64,000 bases of DNA from an uncultured virus (IMG/VR IMGVR_UViG_3300030104_006589). Its lineage: Duplodnaviria > Heunggongvirae > Uroviricota > Caudoviricetes. Made by a program: the position numbers and the translations under genes. Location: IMG/VR virus record IMGVR_UViG_3300030104_006589, positions 1-64,000 of that record; one strand, 5' to 3'. Shown here piece after piece: positions 44,330-53,745 of the stretch. Under the pieces are notes generated by a model. The model saw nothing but the letters and a program-made list of their open reading frames with translations, was not told the DNA's origin and did no database searches. The number at the start of each line of letters is the position of its first letter. Within the stretch, counting starts at the first letter, position 1.

Positions 44330-45111
44330 TGATTGAGGGCAACAATAAGCTTTCTTGCTTCTTTGGCTGGAATATCCGCAAAAGAATCCCACTCTGCCGC
44401 TGATTCATTACGGTATTTGTCGTCCTTCCATAAGTCTCTCAGAACCTTCTTACAGGACTCGAAAGAGTCAACCCCATGCTTTTCCCTGAGGGTCTTTTCA
44501 AGGAGGTCTACGGGGGTGATAGGAGTCGCAATGGCATCAGCCTCTACAGCTTGACCAGAGCCTTGAGACTTGTCAATCTCATCTGCTCCGACAATGTGGA
44601 TATTGAGATAATTACGCACACAACGGACAAAAGCACGATTACAAGCGATTGTTTCTAGGAATTTAGCACAGAAGTTGTCTGTATTAGCAAGCGTAGCGTT
44701 AGCTACATCTGTGTATCGAGGATATACCCCAATATTCGCGCTCTCATAATTCTCTATCCAATCTATTTGACATTTAGCAGTAACGTAACCGTCTGAAATA
44801 TTGTCCACCTTGAAGTCAACAGTGTGGTATCCTCTCATTTTAGCAAGATCTTTGATACCCCCAAGCATAATTAAAAGCTGCTTATCATCTAAGCCTTCGG
44901 TGGAGGCTGGAACAGGTTTATTGCGAGCATCAAACCAACCCTTATTAGCATAGAGAAACTCTGACTTGATCATAGCCCTCCAGTTTACCGTGCCGTCCTC
45001 ATTAAATTCGTAGTCCACATTTTCTAGAAGTCCATGCTCATTACGCTTGTAAGCGTCTGGTCCGTAGAATTTCTTTGCGGCTTTCTTTTTGGCTGTTTTA
45101 CTCTGACTCAT
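44326..45111 (-). CDS. conserved protein, possibly Rad52/Sak-like annealing protein
   Basis: ETIACNRAFVRCVRNYLNI...DEI resembles the core helix of single-strand annealing proteins. Confidence 0.45.
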   Translation of the reverse strand: MSQSKTAKKKAAKKFYGPDAYKRNEHGLLENVDYEFNEDGTVNWRAMIKSEFLYANKGWFDARNKPVPASTEGLDDKQLLIMLGGIKDLAKMRGYHTVDFKVDNISDGYVTAKCQIDWIENYESANIGVYPRYTDVANATLANTDNFCAKFLETIACNRAFVRCVRNYLNIHIVGADEIDKSQGSGQAVEADAIATPITPVDLLEKTLREKHGVDSFESCKKVLRDLWKDDKYRNESAAEWDSFADIPAKEARKLIVALNQ

Positions 45112-46243
45112 AAATATAAAAGTGGTCTAATTCTCTCCAATACTCAGGAGTATCCAACACTTGATTATTGTTGTCAAGTCCTTTTTTCCAGTGAGCATAA
45201 CTTAAATACTCTTTAGTCCCCTCTAGTAAGCGCAAACCAGATAAAAATTTAGTTGTTTTGCCTACCTTGCAGGGGGCATCCTTATCAAGATTGTAGGGTC
45301 TTACGGGTATATCGAAATATCTATTCCTTGCTTCAAATATCTTACTTTCATCTTTTAGCAAAAAGACTAGTTCTATATTAAGATTTTTTATTAATTGAAA
45401 ATAGCTTGGAGGAATATCTTGATCCCAATTTGAATCTAAAAACACAAATAAAGTTGATACATTAGCGCCAATCTTTTCAAGAACCTTGGGTTGAATTAAT
45501 TGCGAAGAAGAAATTGCAACCTTGTATTTAGAACAGTATTCCATGAAAGCATTAGATTCGATGCCGTAATCCGCTCTAACCAATAACAGTTGATTTGTAG
45601 GTAATCTAATTGGATGAAATGAAGTGGGAATTAACTCCACAGCACTTTGCAAGAAAGCATTTCCTATGTGTTTTGTTTTGAATCTAATTTCTTCCTTCTC
45701 TATCTTAAGAAAATCTAAAACGCTTTGAGCAATAACCTCGGCTCGGATATTGTTTATTTGCTTATTGGGATCAGTATCTGCAAAACAAGGTTTCTTATCC
45801 CATTCGGGACACAAATTAACGTTGAGAGAGCTTCTTGAGAAAATCGGTCGATTGGCTGAAGGAAAGGTGTTCCCAAATAAATTAACCGTTGGAATATTCT
45901 TTGAGCTAGCAACGTGACTTAATATTCCATCTGATCCTAGATGAACTAAAGAGTTAGAAATAATATAACTTTGTTGTTTAAAAGTTAGATTGAGAGCAAT
46001 ATCTACCCCTCGTATCTGAGATTTACCTCCTAGTTGAACAACTTTTATATTGGCTCTGTCTAAAAACGGCTTCAACAAATTAATAACTAACTCGTAATGA
46101 GGATAAGTTTTAGATTCCTGCGAATCTATCTGAGAGATAGTTATATATTTTGTGACTGTTAATGGAAAAAAATGATCCTTAGAAATTGGAGTCGATATTT
46201 TAACTCCTAAATTTTTAGCGTATTCTTCAAGTAAGTGACCCAT
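45098..46243 (-). CDS. GT9 (heptosyltransferase)-like protein
   Basis: VVQLGG, HLGSDGILSHVAS, PTVNLFG. Confidence 0.65.
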   Translation of the reverse strand: MGHLLEEYAKNLGVKISTPISKDHFFPLTVTKYITISQIDSQESKTYPHYELVINLLKPFLDRANIKVVQLGGKSQIRGVDIALNLTFKQQSYIISNSLVHLGSDGILSHVASSKNIPTVNLFGNTFPSANRPIFSRSSLNVNLCPEWDKKPCFADTDPNKQINNIRAEVIAQSVLDFLKIEKEEIRFKTKHIGNAFLQSAVELIPTSFHPIRLPTNQLLLVRADYGIESNAFMEYCSKYKVAISSSQLIQPKVLEKIGANVSTLFVFLDSNWDQDIPPSYFQLIKNLNIELVFLLKDESKIFEARNRYFDIPVRPYNLDKDAPCKVGKTTKFLSGLRLLEGTKEYLSYAHWKKGLDNNNQVLDTPEYWRELDHFYIYESE

Positions 46244-46244
46244 T

Positions 46245-48131
46245 TTAACGTAAGGAAAATTGGTTTTTATCTAGACCGTTATGTATATAACAAGCTGCTT
46301 TTTGAGTAGTGGTATGAGGGTAAAACACGATATCGAAAAGACCCTCATGGCCTCCAGCCCCTTCCATTGCCAGCGCATTTTCAACTAGAGGCGAATATGG
46401 TAGAATCTTATGAACGTATGGATTATCGTCTATGTAGGAAAAATAACGCGGCTGGGTAAAAATGTAGATATTATGTTCTTTATATTGTTTTTTTAAGTTC
46501 TTCATTAACGAGTTAATTAAGAAAACATCTGTCTCACTTTCGGGAATTACTACAGCTATCCTATTTCCTTTGTCTTTATCCCCCAACACTTCTTCTAGAT
46601 TGGGAGTTTTATTATCTTTATCACCATCTAAGGCTACCTGTTTAAAGTAGTTTACTACGTCTTGGGGGGTTTTCCCAGCTTGCATCTGACCAAGCCAATG
46701 TTTTACTCCTTGAGAATTACTATCAACATCATCATTTAGAATATTTTTATAAATATCTATAATAAATTCTTGTGGACTAGGATAATTTTCGCGAGGATTA
46801 TAATCAGGATTAAAAGCACTCGCCTTTGGATCAAAGTCATAATCAACTGAAGGCATCGAATCAATAATTTTTTCCAATTGTTTTCCCACAGCTTCTACAG
46901 AAAAGTTATCAATAACCCATTGACGAGCTTTCTTTCCTGTCTCTGATCTTTCTTTCTCAGATAAATTACATACATGAGATAACTGAGAGGCGATGTGTTG
47001 CGGGCATGTTGAAGCTTTAATAAATTGAGTTCCAGGTTCTCTGTATTCACTCCAGTTAAGAGGTAATCCCCCAGATTCCTCTGTGCAACTATCCTCGCCA
47101 CAAGAGTAATTTGTAACCAGAGTTACTAGTTCTGTAAGTTTGGCTTCCTGAATTGGTATCTCTTGTCCTCCGCTAGTAAAAGGATGACAGTAGACATCCA
47201 TTAAATTGTAAACTTCGTTTAACTGGCTTTCACTTACGCCTTTAGAGGTATTAGTTGTGCTTATGGATTTTTCTGAACCACATCTTTTACAATTAAGCTC
47301 CTGCCCTTTGAATGGAGAGACTATATAATGTGAACATTTAGAGCAAATGTAAGTAGTTAAAACGTCATCTGGTGAAATATTTTTTTCTTGAAGCATTCTG
47401 GGAATATCCCAACCTTCCGACCAATGTGTATGTAGAAGTAATTTAGCATTGGGTTTCTCTTTTTTAAACAATTTAAAACCGTCCAACAAATTAGGAACAC
47501 TTTTCCTTAACTGGTTCCTAAAAACAAATCCCACAATGAATTCATCGCTTAATCCGTGATACTTTCTGAGATTATCGCGCTCCTTGTCTGAAAATCTGAA
47601 AAAATTTGCTGTATCGAGTGAACCTCTTAATGTTTTTACATGATTATATCCCATTTCATTCATGGCTCTCTCCGCAAAGGATGACCAAACAAAATAGTTT
47701 TTAATTTTAGGGGCATACTCTATAGCTTGAGGAAGTATTGGTAAACTATCCAAGGTGGTCCAAATCATTGTATTGACCTTATTCCACCAAGGCTTGTTCG
47801 CGAAATTATTAAACGCCCAAATATCTTCAATTCCTAAATATACATCAGGCTTAAATGAGTTTACCGCTCGATCCACATGAGAAAGGCCGTAGCTTTCTGC
47901 TCTTTGTTGTTCTGCGTTAAGTCCTGTTAATTCTTCTGGTGGGGGGAGAGATCCTCTACACTTCCACGGAACTGTTTCGGTAGCCCCATCGCCCCACTGT
48001 AGGCCATTTGCAAGCTCCATAAGTTCATATTTTCCAGTATCGAATAGATACCGCATAATATTTTTTTTATTTTTACCGAATCCTGTAAAGGCTCGACAAA
48101 AGTTAGAGTGAATCAGGATCTTTTTCTTCAT
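46245..48131 (-). CDS. GT4-family glycosyltransferase with zinc-ribbon insertion
   Basis: TGFG, RNQLRK, CSKC/CKRC, YNLMDVYCHP..GGQEIPIQEA. Confidence 0.8.
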   Translation of the reverse strand: MKKKILIHSNFCRAFTGFGKNKKNIMRYLFDTGKYELMELANGLQWGDGATETVPWKCRGSLPPPEELTGLNAEQQRAESYGLSHVDRAVNSFKPDVYLGIEDIWAFNNFANKPWWNKVNTMIWTTLDSLPILPQAIEYAPKIKNYFVWSSFAERAMNEMGYNHVKTLRGSLDTANFFRFSDKERDNLRKYHGLSDEFIVGFVFRNQLRKSVPNLLDGFKLFKKEKPNAKLLLHTHWSEGWDIPRMLQEKNISPDDVLTTYICSKCSHYIVSPFKGQELNCKRCGSEKSISTTNTSKGVSESQLNEVYNLMDVYCHPFTSGGQEIPIQEAKLTELVTLVTNYSCGEDSCTEESGGLPLNWSEYREPGTQFIKASTCPQHIASQLSHVCNLSEKERSETGKKARQWVIDNFSVEAVGKQLEKIIDSMPSVDYDFDPKASAFNPDYNPRENYPSPQEFIIDIYKNILNDDVDSNSQGVKHWLGQMQAGKTPQDVVNYFKQVALDGDKDNKTPNLEEVLGDKDKGNRIAVVIPESETDVFLINSLMKNLKKQYKEHNIYIFTQPRYFSYIDDNPYVHKILPYSPLVENALAMEGAGGHEGLFDIVFYPHTTTQKAACYIHNGLDKNQFSLR

Positions 48132-48610
48132 TGATCTCTATATTCTTTATTCTTTTGAAGCCTATGAATATAAAGCTCCTGCAAATAAAACTTAAGAAAC
48201 TCTCTTAATCCATAAGCCTCCGAGGTTTCCACTCCAATGCCAAATTTATTAGCAGAGTTCCTCGTTACTCCAAAAGAAAAAGCCTCAGTCCCATCTTTTT
48301 TCTTATAGGGTTTGAATGAGATGGATGTCTTGTTGTCTTCATAAGAATGAAAGGCCGAAAAGTCTTTGTATTTTTCTATAGCAAAAATAAGTCCACCGAC
48401 TTCGATCTCGTTTAATTTAATTGAGATAGACTTATCGGGGTCTTTTGCATTTTCTGAAAAAGAACCCGTGCGAGTCTTATCGTTCCAAGAATGTTGTTTG
48501 ATAGCCCTTACATAAACGCAAGGCTCTTGGTTTTTGTTATTAGCTCCGATATCGAAGCTGAAAGCGCATCCTGTATTTTTAGAATTAGGCTTATAATACT
48601 GAACAATCAT
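48128..48610 (-). CDS. putative ssDNA-binding protein (Whirly/PC4-like)
   Basis: Two beta-beta-beta-helix repeats; SIKLNEIEVG. Confidence 0.45.
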   Translation of the reverse strand: MIVQYYKPNSKNTGCAFSFDIGANNKNQEPCVYVRAIKQHSWNDKTRTGSFSENAKDPDKSISIKLNEIEVGGLIFAIEKYKDFSAFHSYEDNKTSISFKPYKKKDGTEAFSFGVTRNSANKFGIGVETSEAYGLREFLKFYLQELYIHRLQKNKEYRDQ

Positions 48611-48638
48611 ACTGATTGTATCAATTAAACCCTTAAAT

Positions 48639-49895
48639 TCAACCGCCGCCGCTCTTTTCTTTTACAATTTGCTTATGTTTTTTCATGAATGCTTCATGAT
48701 TTGGGCCAGCCATGTATAAAGTCTCGCCATCCTCTGTTTTGTGAGAGTGAAAACCTTTTAACCCAAGTTTTTTTGCATCCTTTAGAGCCTCTTCTTTTGT
48801 TTTGAAATAATGCTCCATTACATCTGGAGAACCCTGCGCTCTTTTCAAGGCTTCCTGAGTCGGCCTATCCTTATCTCCAGGTTTAGCTGGTTTGTAATTT
48901 TTACCCATCCTTTGTTTCTTTTTTCGGATGTTTTCCCACAGTGACGCCATTGCATCTCTACAATATGAGGAGGCCGACGCAATATCTTGATCTGCTTTTC
49001 TATAAGAGTCTTTCACTTTACCACCCTTAACCATCTTTAGGAACATATTAACTCTTGCCATAGCCCAACCGTGGCGAGACATATTGGGGCGATGAGAGGT
49101 GCTGAACGCTCCAGCGCCACGCCTGTATACCTTTTTAAGTTGACCCAGAGTTACTTTTTTGGAATGCTTAGAATTGTGCTCTTTGACCTTTTCTTTTAGA
49201 GAATTAGTTGTTTTTTCACTAAAGGTAATTTTACCACCCTTTTCCCCCGCGCTACCCTTCGGGTTTTTCTTAGAACCCTTCTTTCTTTCACTGGGTTCAG
49301 CAGGAGTTTGAGCGCCGCTTTTGCGAGCCGCCTCAGAGACTTCCGCCTCTGGAGCATTAGCTAAATCAGGGTTTATAGCTAACAGTTCGTCATGATCAAA
49401 AACTGTTTCACCATCCCATTCGTATTCTGCATCAGAGGAACCTTCTACTTTTTTTCCAGCCCTCCATTGCTTACAAGACCAATAGCGAGCCTTCCACTTT
49501 GGACCTGGGTTATCACAGTTATGCCTAGCTCTAAAACTTTTTCTGCGAGCGGGATCATCCCTTTTAATTTCCATGTTGGGATCTCCAAAATTCACCTTTA
49601 CTACATTACCCTTCTCGTTTTTAACATAAACAGAGAACTTCTTCGGACCTTTGGGAGTGCGAAAAGGTTTATTAAGTGGCTTATTTTTGTCCTCTGCTGC
49701 TGAAAAATAGCATCGAGTCTCCCCATCTTCCCCTATAGTGACAGAAGCTTTACTTTCTGCTTTTGAAAATTGAGATGAACAGACCGCAGCCCTCTGTTTA
49801 TTATCTTTGAATTCTCCTCTTGTTGTGGGGTCACTCATGCAGCGGTCCATAAACTTAGAACGCTTCTCTCCATTGTTGGGTGTAGGTAGTGGCAT
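48639..49895 (-). CDS. basic multi-module phage protein
   Basis: Modules MPLPTP..FMDRCM, LNKPFR..FGDPNM..SFRARHNC, KVYRRGAGAF..WAMARV, LWENIRKK. Confidence 0.75.
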   Translation of the reverse strand: MPLPTPNNGEKRSKFMDRCMSDPTTRGEFKDNKQRAAVCSSQFSKAESKASVTIGEDGETRCYFSAAEDKNKPLNKPFRTPKGPKKFSVYVKNEKGNVVKVNFGDPNMEIKRDDPARRKSFRARHNCDNPGPKWKARYWSCKQWRAGKKVEGSSDAEYEWDGETVFDHDELLAINPDLANAPEAEVSEAARKSGAQTPAEPSERKKGSKKNPKGSAGEKGGKITFSEKTTNSLKEKVKEHNSKHSKKVTLGQLKKVYRRGAGAFSTSHRPNMSRHGWAMARVNMFLKMVKGGKVKDSYRKADQDIASASSYCRDAMASLWENIRKKKQRMGKNYKPAKPGDKDRPTQEALKRAQGSPDVMEHYFKTKEEALKDAKKLGLKGFHSHKTEDGETLYMAGPNHEAFMKKHKQIVKEKSGGG

Positions 49896-49897
49896 AC

Positions 49898-50965
49898 TTA
49901 AGCTTTTACACCAAAAATTGGCTCGCAGATCGTTTTCATGATAAAATCTCTATTGTTTTTAAAGAGTTCAATCTTACAGAAACGCTCATAAAGATGAGAA
50001 AAATTGTCTGCAATATACAAAATTTGCTCATACCGATAAGAATCATAAAGATAGACCTCTCTTATATAGGAAATTAATAAATCCGCCAGTTTCTTCCTTA
50101 ATTGCATTAAATAAACTTGAAAATACAAATCTCTATTCACAGCTATTTCACCCGAATCACAAAACTTCTTTAATAGTTTTATATCGTTATCTTCATTAAC
50201 CCCCGTTTCTAAAATTAAGTCTACAAAATCTACATAAGGGTGACCCATTGAAACATTGTGCAACTCATCAAAATAAAAACTTGGATTTGTATAGAAAATA
50301 GAATCAATAGATAAGTTGCCATGGCATTTTTTGTTTAGTTCTCCCTCAATATTGTTGTGAATGGTTAAGGTTTCGCTTCTTAGCTCTAAAAGAAACTGCT
50401 CACACACATCATAATTTGTATAACTTTTAACAGACTCAAGGGCTGTTTCAGGAAGGCATTCTGATGGTATTAGCTGTTCCAAAAAATCACTTAGAATTGC
50501 GGAGTATTTAGCTCTAACGGGGCGACTACGGGGAAGTGTCCAGTAGGATTCTAGAAATTCGTCAATTTTATGCATCAAAACAGACCTGCCATAATCCCTC
50601 ACACTTTCTCCTACCTTAACCTTACTGAGAAGATAGGTAATATCCTCTCCGAGATGTTCCACGCCCTGTTTTACTAGAGACGGGAATGATTCATTTTTGG
50701 CTATACTCCTGAGTGCGGTAGCTTCTCTTTTTAATATATTATCATCTCCCAAAAGCGATATTTTGAACTTATAAAACTGTTCTTTTTCATCTCTCAGCGA
50801 GTATATGTCATAGTTATCAGTAATACGAGCAAGGGAAATACCCGCCAGTTCCAGATTAGGTTTAATTTTCTTAAGTGCTGCTGTAGCAAACTTACAGTCA
50901 TCTTCTCCATCTCCCGCTTGAGAAAATGCATATGCTTTATGTTTAAATAGGGAAGAAAGTTTCAC
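49898..50965 (-). CDS. APH/choline kinase-like phosphotransferase fold protein
   Basis: KFKIS, LKREA, CHGNLSIDSI, GHPYVD; catalytic motif degenerate. Confidence 0.55.
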   Translation of the reverse strand: MKLSSLFKHKAYAFSQAGDGEDDCKFATAALKKIKPNLELAGISLARITDNYDIYSLRDEKEQFYKFKISLLGDDNILKREATALRSIAKNESFPSLVKQGVEHLGEDITYLLSKVKVGESVRDYGRSVLMHKIDEFLESYWTLPRSRPVRAKYSAILSDFLEQLIPSECLPETALESVKSYTNYDVCEQFLLELRSETLTIHNNIEGELNKKCHGNLSIDSIFYTNPSFYFDELHNVSMGHPYVDFVDLILETGVNEDNDIKLLKKFCDSGEIAVNRDLYFQVYLMQLRKKLADLLISYIREVYLYDSYRYEQILYIADNFSHLYERFCKIELFKNNRDFIMKTICEPIFGVKA

Positions 50966-50975
50966 TATATATAAT

Positions 50976-51007
50976 AAAAAACTAACCCCCTTTTTCAAGG
51001 GGGTTAG
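50976..51007 (-). terminator. rho-independent terminator overlapping next promoter
   Basis: ctaaccccctt-gaaa-aagggggttag then tttttt. Confidence 0.75.
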
Positions 51008-51066
51008 CTGGGGGTTAAAGAAAGCTATGAATAAGCTTTCCGTTTTGACTAAAGCTCCAGTCCGAC

Positions 51067-51291
51067 CTAGAAAACTTTACCAAAACTTTGTTCTGCAAGG
51101 CGCACCCCACAAATACTCGTCTTAGCCAACTTGCGGTTAACTCCAGCATTGCGGTCATAAACCTTAACATAATTATCTGTCTCTCCCATCAATTGAGCGT
51201 TAACAGACTCTCCTTGAGAGGTGTATAGGCCAAAAAACCTACCCCTGCTATTACGGATCGCTTTCATGACCCTTGTATTGATTCGCTTCAT
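51067..51291 (-). CDS. small basic hypothetical protein
   Basis: ATG 7 nt after TTGACA-17-TAATAT. Confidence 0.6.
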   Translation of the reverse strand: MKRINTRVMKAIRNSRGRFFGLYTSQGESVNAQLMGETDNYVKVYDRNAGVNRKLAKTSICGVRLAEQSFGKVF

Positions 51292-51301
51292 ATGCAGTAT
51301 A

Positions 51302-53734
51302 TTAAGCAAAAGAAAGGCTTTTGTCAACTACTTTCAGTGAGATTTTTTCTACTTTCCTGTTTTTTACAATAAACTGAGAAAGGGGTATCTGAACAGTAGT
51401 TTTTACTAGATTTTTAATTTCTCTAGCATGACTCTTTTTCTCTTTTATTTTATTAAAAATGAATTTTTTAACACTGTGTGTGCAGGTTAATTCTATCCCT
51501 CTTTCTTTCAGCCTACTTCCAATCTGCTTTAACTCTTGATTGATAATCTTAAGTAAGTGTTCATCTCCCAACTCATTGAAGAACAAGACCTCATCGACGC
51601 GAGCTAGCAATTCGGGCCTAAGATACTTTTTGAGAGATGTTTTGTATATATCTGCATCATTTTCTTCATGTGGGAGAAAGCCCATTCCTCTCTTGGCTTT
51701 TTCCTTATGACCAATATTTGAGGTCATAACTACTATTGTTTTAGAGAAATCAATAGTCCTATTTAAATTATCTGTTGCATAGCCCTCATCTAATATGTGG
51801 AGCAATACATCCAAAATTTTAGGATCGCATTTTTCTATCTCATCAAACAATACCACGCAATTAGGATTATTCCTTACAAACTCTGTTAAAAGACCTCCTT
51901 CTTCGTATCCTACATATCCAGCATTTGCGCCCATCAGCTTAGAAACACCCGTTTTGTCTTGGTATTCACTCATGTTGAGTTGAATAAAAGACTTTTCATT
52001 ACCAAAGAAATATTTGGCTATTTTTTTAGCTGTAAATGTTTTTCCTACACTTGTTGAGCCAAGAAACAAAAAGTTAGAAAGGGGTTTTGAGGGGTCATTT
52101 AAACCCGCTTTTACACAGCTTAATGTCTGATGAATCGTCTGGATGTTTTTCTCTTGTCCAAAAACTTCACTATTCATTTGACTCAAGAAAGAGGAAAAGG
52201 AGGATGTATTTTTGGCAATTGTTTTGGGAGATAGTCCAGTTTTTTCTGTCAGGATTGATATGATATCTCTTTGGCGAATAGTTTGTTTTCGACCCTTCTT
52301 TTCGGCATGTTTTGCCATAACCTTTAAATAATTTTTAAGCAATTCAGTAAAGTGGTCTTCATCTAATTTTTCATCCTCCTGTGTTGCCATTAAAAATTCA
52401 CAGAAACTAGTTCTTACTTCGCATACTTTATCAGGAATCGCAGCGTATTTAATTTTTGTTCTTGAACCTAATTGATCAATTAAATCAAAAGCTTTGTCTG
52501 GGAATCTTTTGTTGCTTAAAAACTTTTCGCATAAGTCTAGAATTGTATCTATATCTTCCTCTTTGTATTTAACATGATGAAAATCCTCATAAAATGGCAA
52601 TGCATTCATGATAATTTTTTTAGTTTGCTGTTTTGAGGGTTCCTCTACAGTAATTTTATCAAACCGCCTTTTCATGGCAGTGTCTTTTTCAAAGAATTTT
52701 TTGTATTCTTGAGAAGTGGTAGCCCCAATGCATTTAATATCTCCTCTCGCTAGTGCTGGCTTCAGCATATTAGAAGCATCTACGGCTCCTTCCGAGTTTC
52801 CAGCCCCTATTATGGTATGTATTTCATCAAAAAATAAAATTATATTAGGTTCCTTTTCTGCTTCAGCGATTAAAGATTTAAACCTTTCCTCAAATTCTCC
52901 TCTATACTTAGTTCCAGCTATCATCGCACTTATGTCCACTGAGCAAATTTGCATTAAGGACATGTGAGTGGGTGAGTCTTGATTTACTATTTTCTGCACC
53001 AAGCCTTCAACAACAGCGGTTTTACCTACCCCTGCCTCCCCTACGAGAATAGCATTACTTTTGTTTTTCTTTGAGAGTATTTCTATAAGCTCATTGATTT
53101 CTGCATCTCGCCCTGAAATATGTGAAGACCTATTGTTTATGAACTTTTGATTTAAATTGACACAATATTTAGTCAGATGAGGTAAAGAATTGCCAGCTTT
53201 CTCTTCTCGTAGCGTAGCATTTTTCTTAGATTCTACATATAAAATGTTTTTTATTTGATCTGTAGGCGGGATACTTGTCTCTAACACATGTGTTTCTATA
53301 ATATCCTTAGCATAAAGGGTATCAAGTCCATTTTGTCGAAGATGTTCAATGAATTTACCCTCCATATCAAAAATAACATAAAGTATATGTTCTACTCCAA
53401 TGAAATAACTGTCAAAATTATCAGAAAACTCTTTAGCAAAGAAAACAACTTCGTTGACATCATCGTGCCAGCCTCCCTGCCCTTTTTTCGACTTAAATTC
53501 TTCAGGGTTTTCTTTAGAGTATTCCTTAAAAAGTTTTATAAAAGCTTTGCCATCAACCTTAATTCCATAGTTTTTTAGCTTTAAAGCACAACTATCCGAT
53601 ATGTTTACTAGACACCCGTAAACCAAATGAGCGGTTGTTACTAAGGAATGACCGTTGGCTTCCGCAAATTTTTGAGCATCTTTTAAGCCCTTTTTGGCTT
53701 TGGGTGTTAAATTAAAATCAGTTAGACCCATCAT
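51302..53734 (-). CDS. clpC: ClpA/ClpC-family AAA+ ATPase
   Basis: Clp N repeats, GEAGVGKT, AGTKYRGEFEER, DEIH, GSTSVGKT, GYVGYEEGG, MGF loop. Confidence 0.88.
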   Translation of the reverse strand: MMGLTDFNLTPKAKKGLKDAQKFAEANGHSLVTTAHLVYGCLVNISDSCALKLKNYGIKVDGKAFIKLFKEYSKENPEEFKSKKGQGGWHDDVNEVVFFAKEFSDNFDSYFIGVEHILYVIFDMEGKFIEHLRQNGLDTLYAKDIIETHVLETSIPPTDQIKNILYVESKKNATLREEKAGNSLPHLTKYCVNLNQKFINNRSSHISGRDAEINELIEILSKKNKSNAILVGEAGVGKTAVVEGLVQKIVNQDSPTHMSLMQICSVDISAMIAGTKYRGEFEERFKSLIAEAEKEPNIILFFDEIHTIIGAGNSEGAVDASNMLKPALARGDIKCIGATTSQEYKKFFEKDTAMKRRFDKITVEEPSKQQTKKIIMNALPFYEDFHHVKYKEEDIDTILDLCEKFLSNKRFPDKAFDLIDQLGSRTKIKYAAIPDKVCEVRTSFCEFLMATQEDEKLDEDHFTELLKNYLKVMAKHAEKKGRKQTIRQRDIISILTEKTGLSPKTIAKNTSSFSSFLSQMNSEVFGQEKNIQTIHQTLSCVKAGLNDPSKPLSNFLFLGSTSVGKTFTAKKIAKYFFGNEKSFIQLNMSEYQDKTGVSKLMGANAGYVGYEEGGLLTEFVRNNPNCVVLFDEIEKCDPKILDVLLHILDEGYATDNLNRTIDFSKTIVVMTSNIGHKEKAKRGMGFLPHEENDADIYKTSLKKYLRPELLARVDEVLFFNELGDEHLLKIINQELKQIGSRLKERGIELTCTHSVKKFIFNKIKEKKSHAREIKNLVKTTVQIPLSQFIVKNRKVEKISLKVVDKSLSFA

Positions 53735-53745
53735 AATTCTTTACA

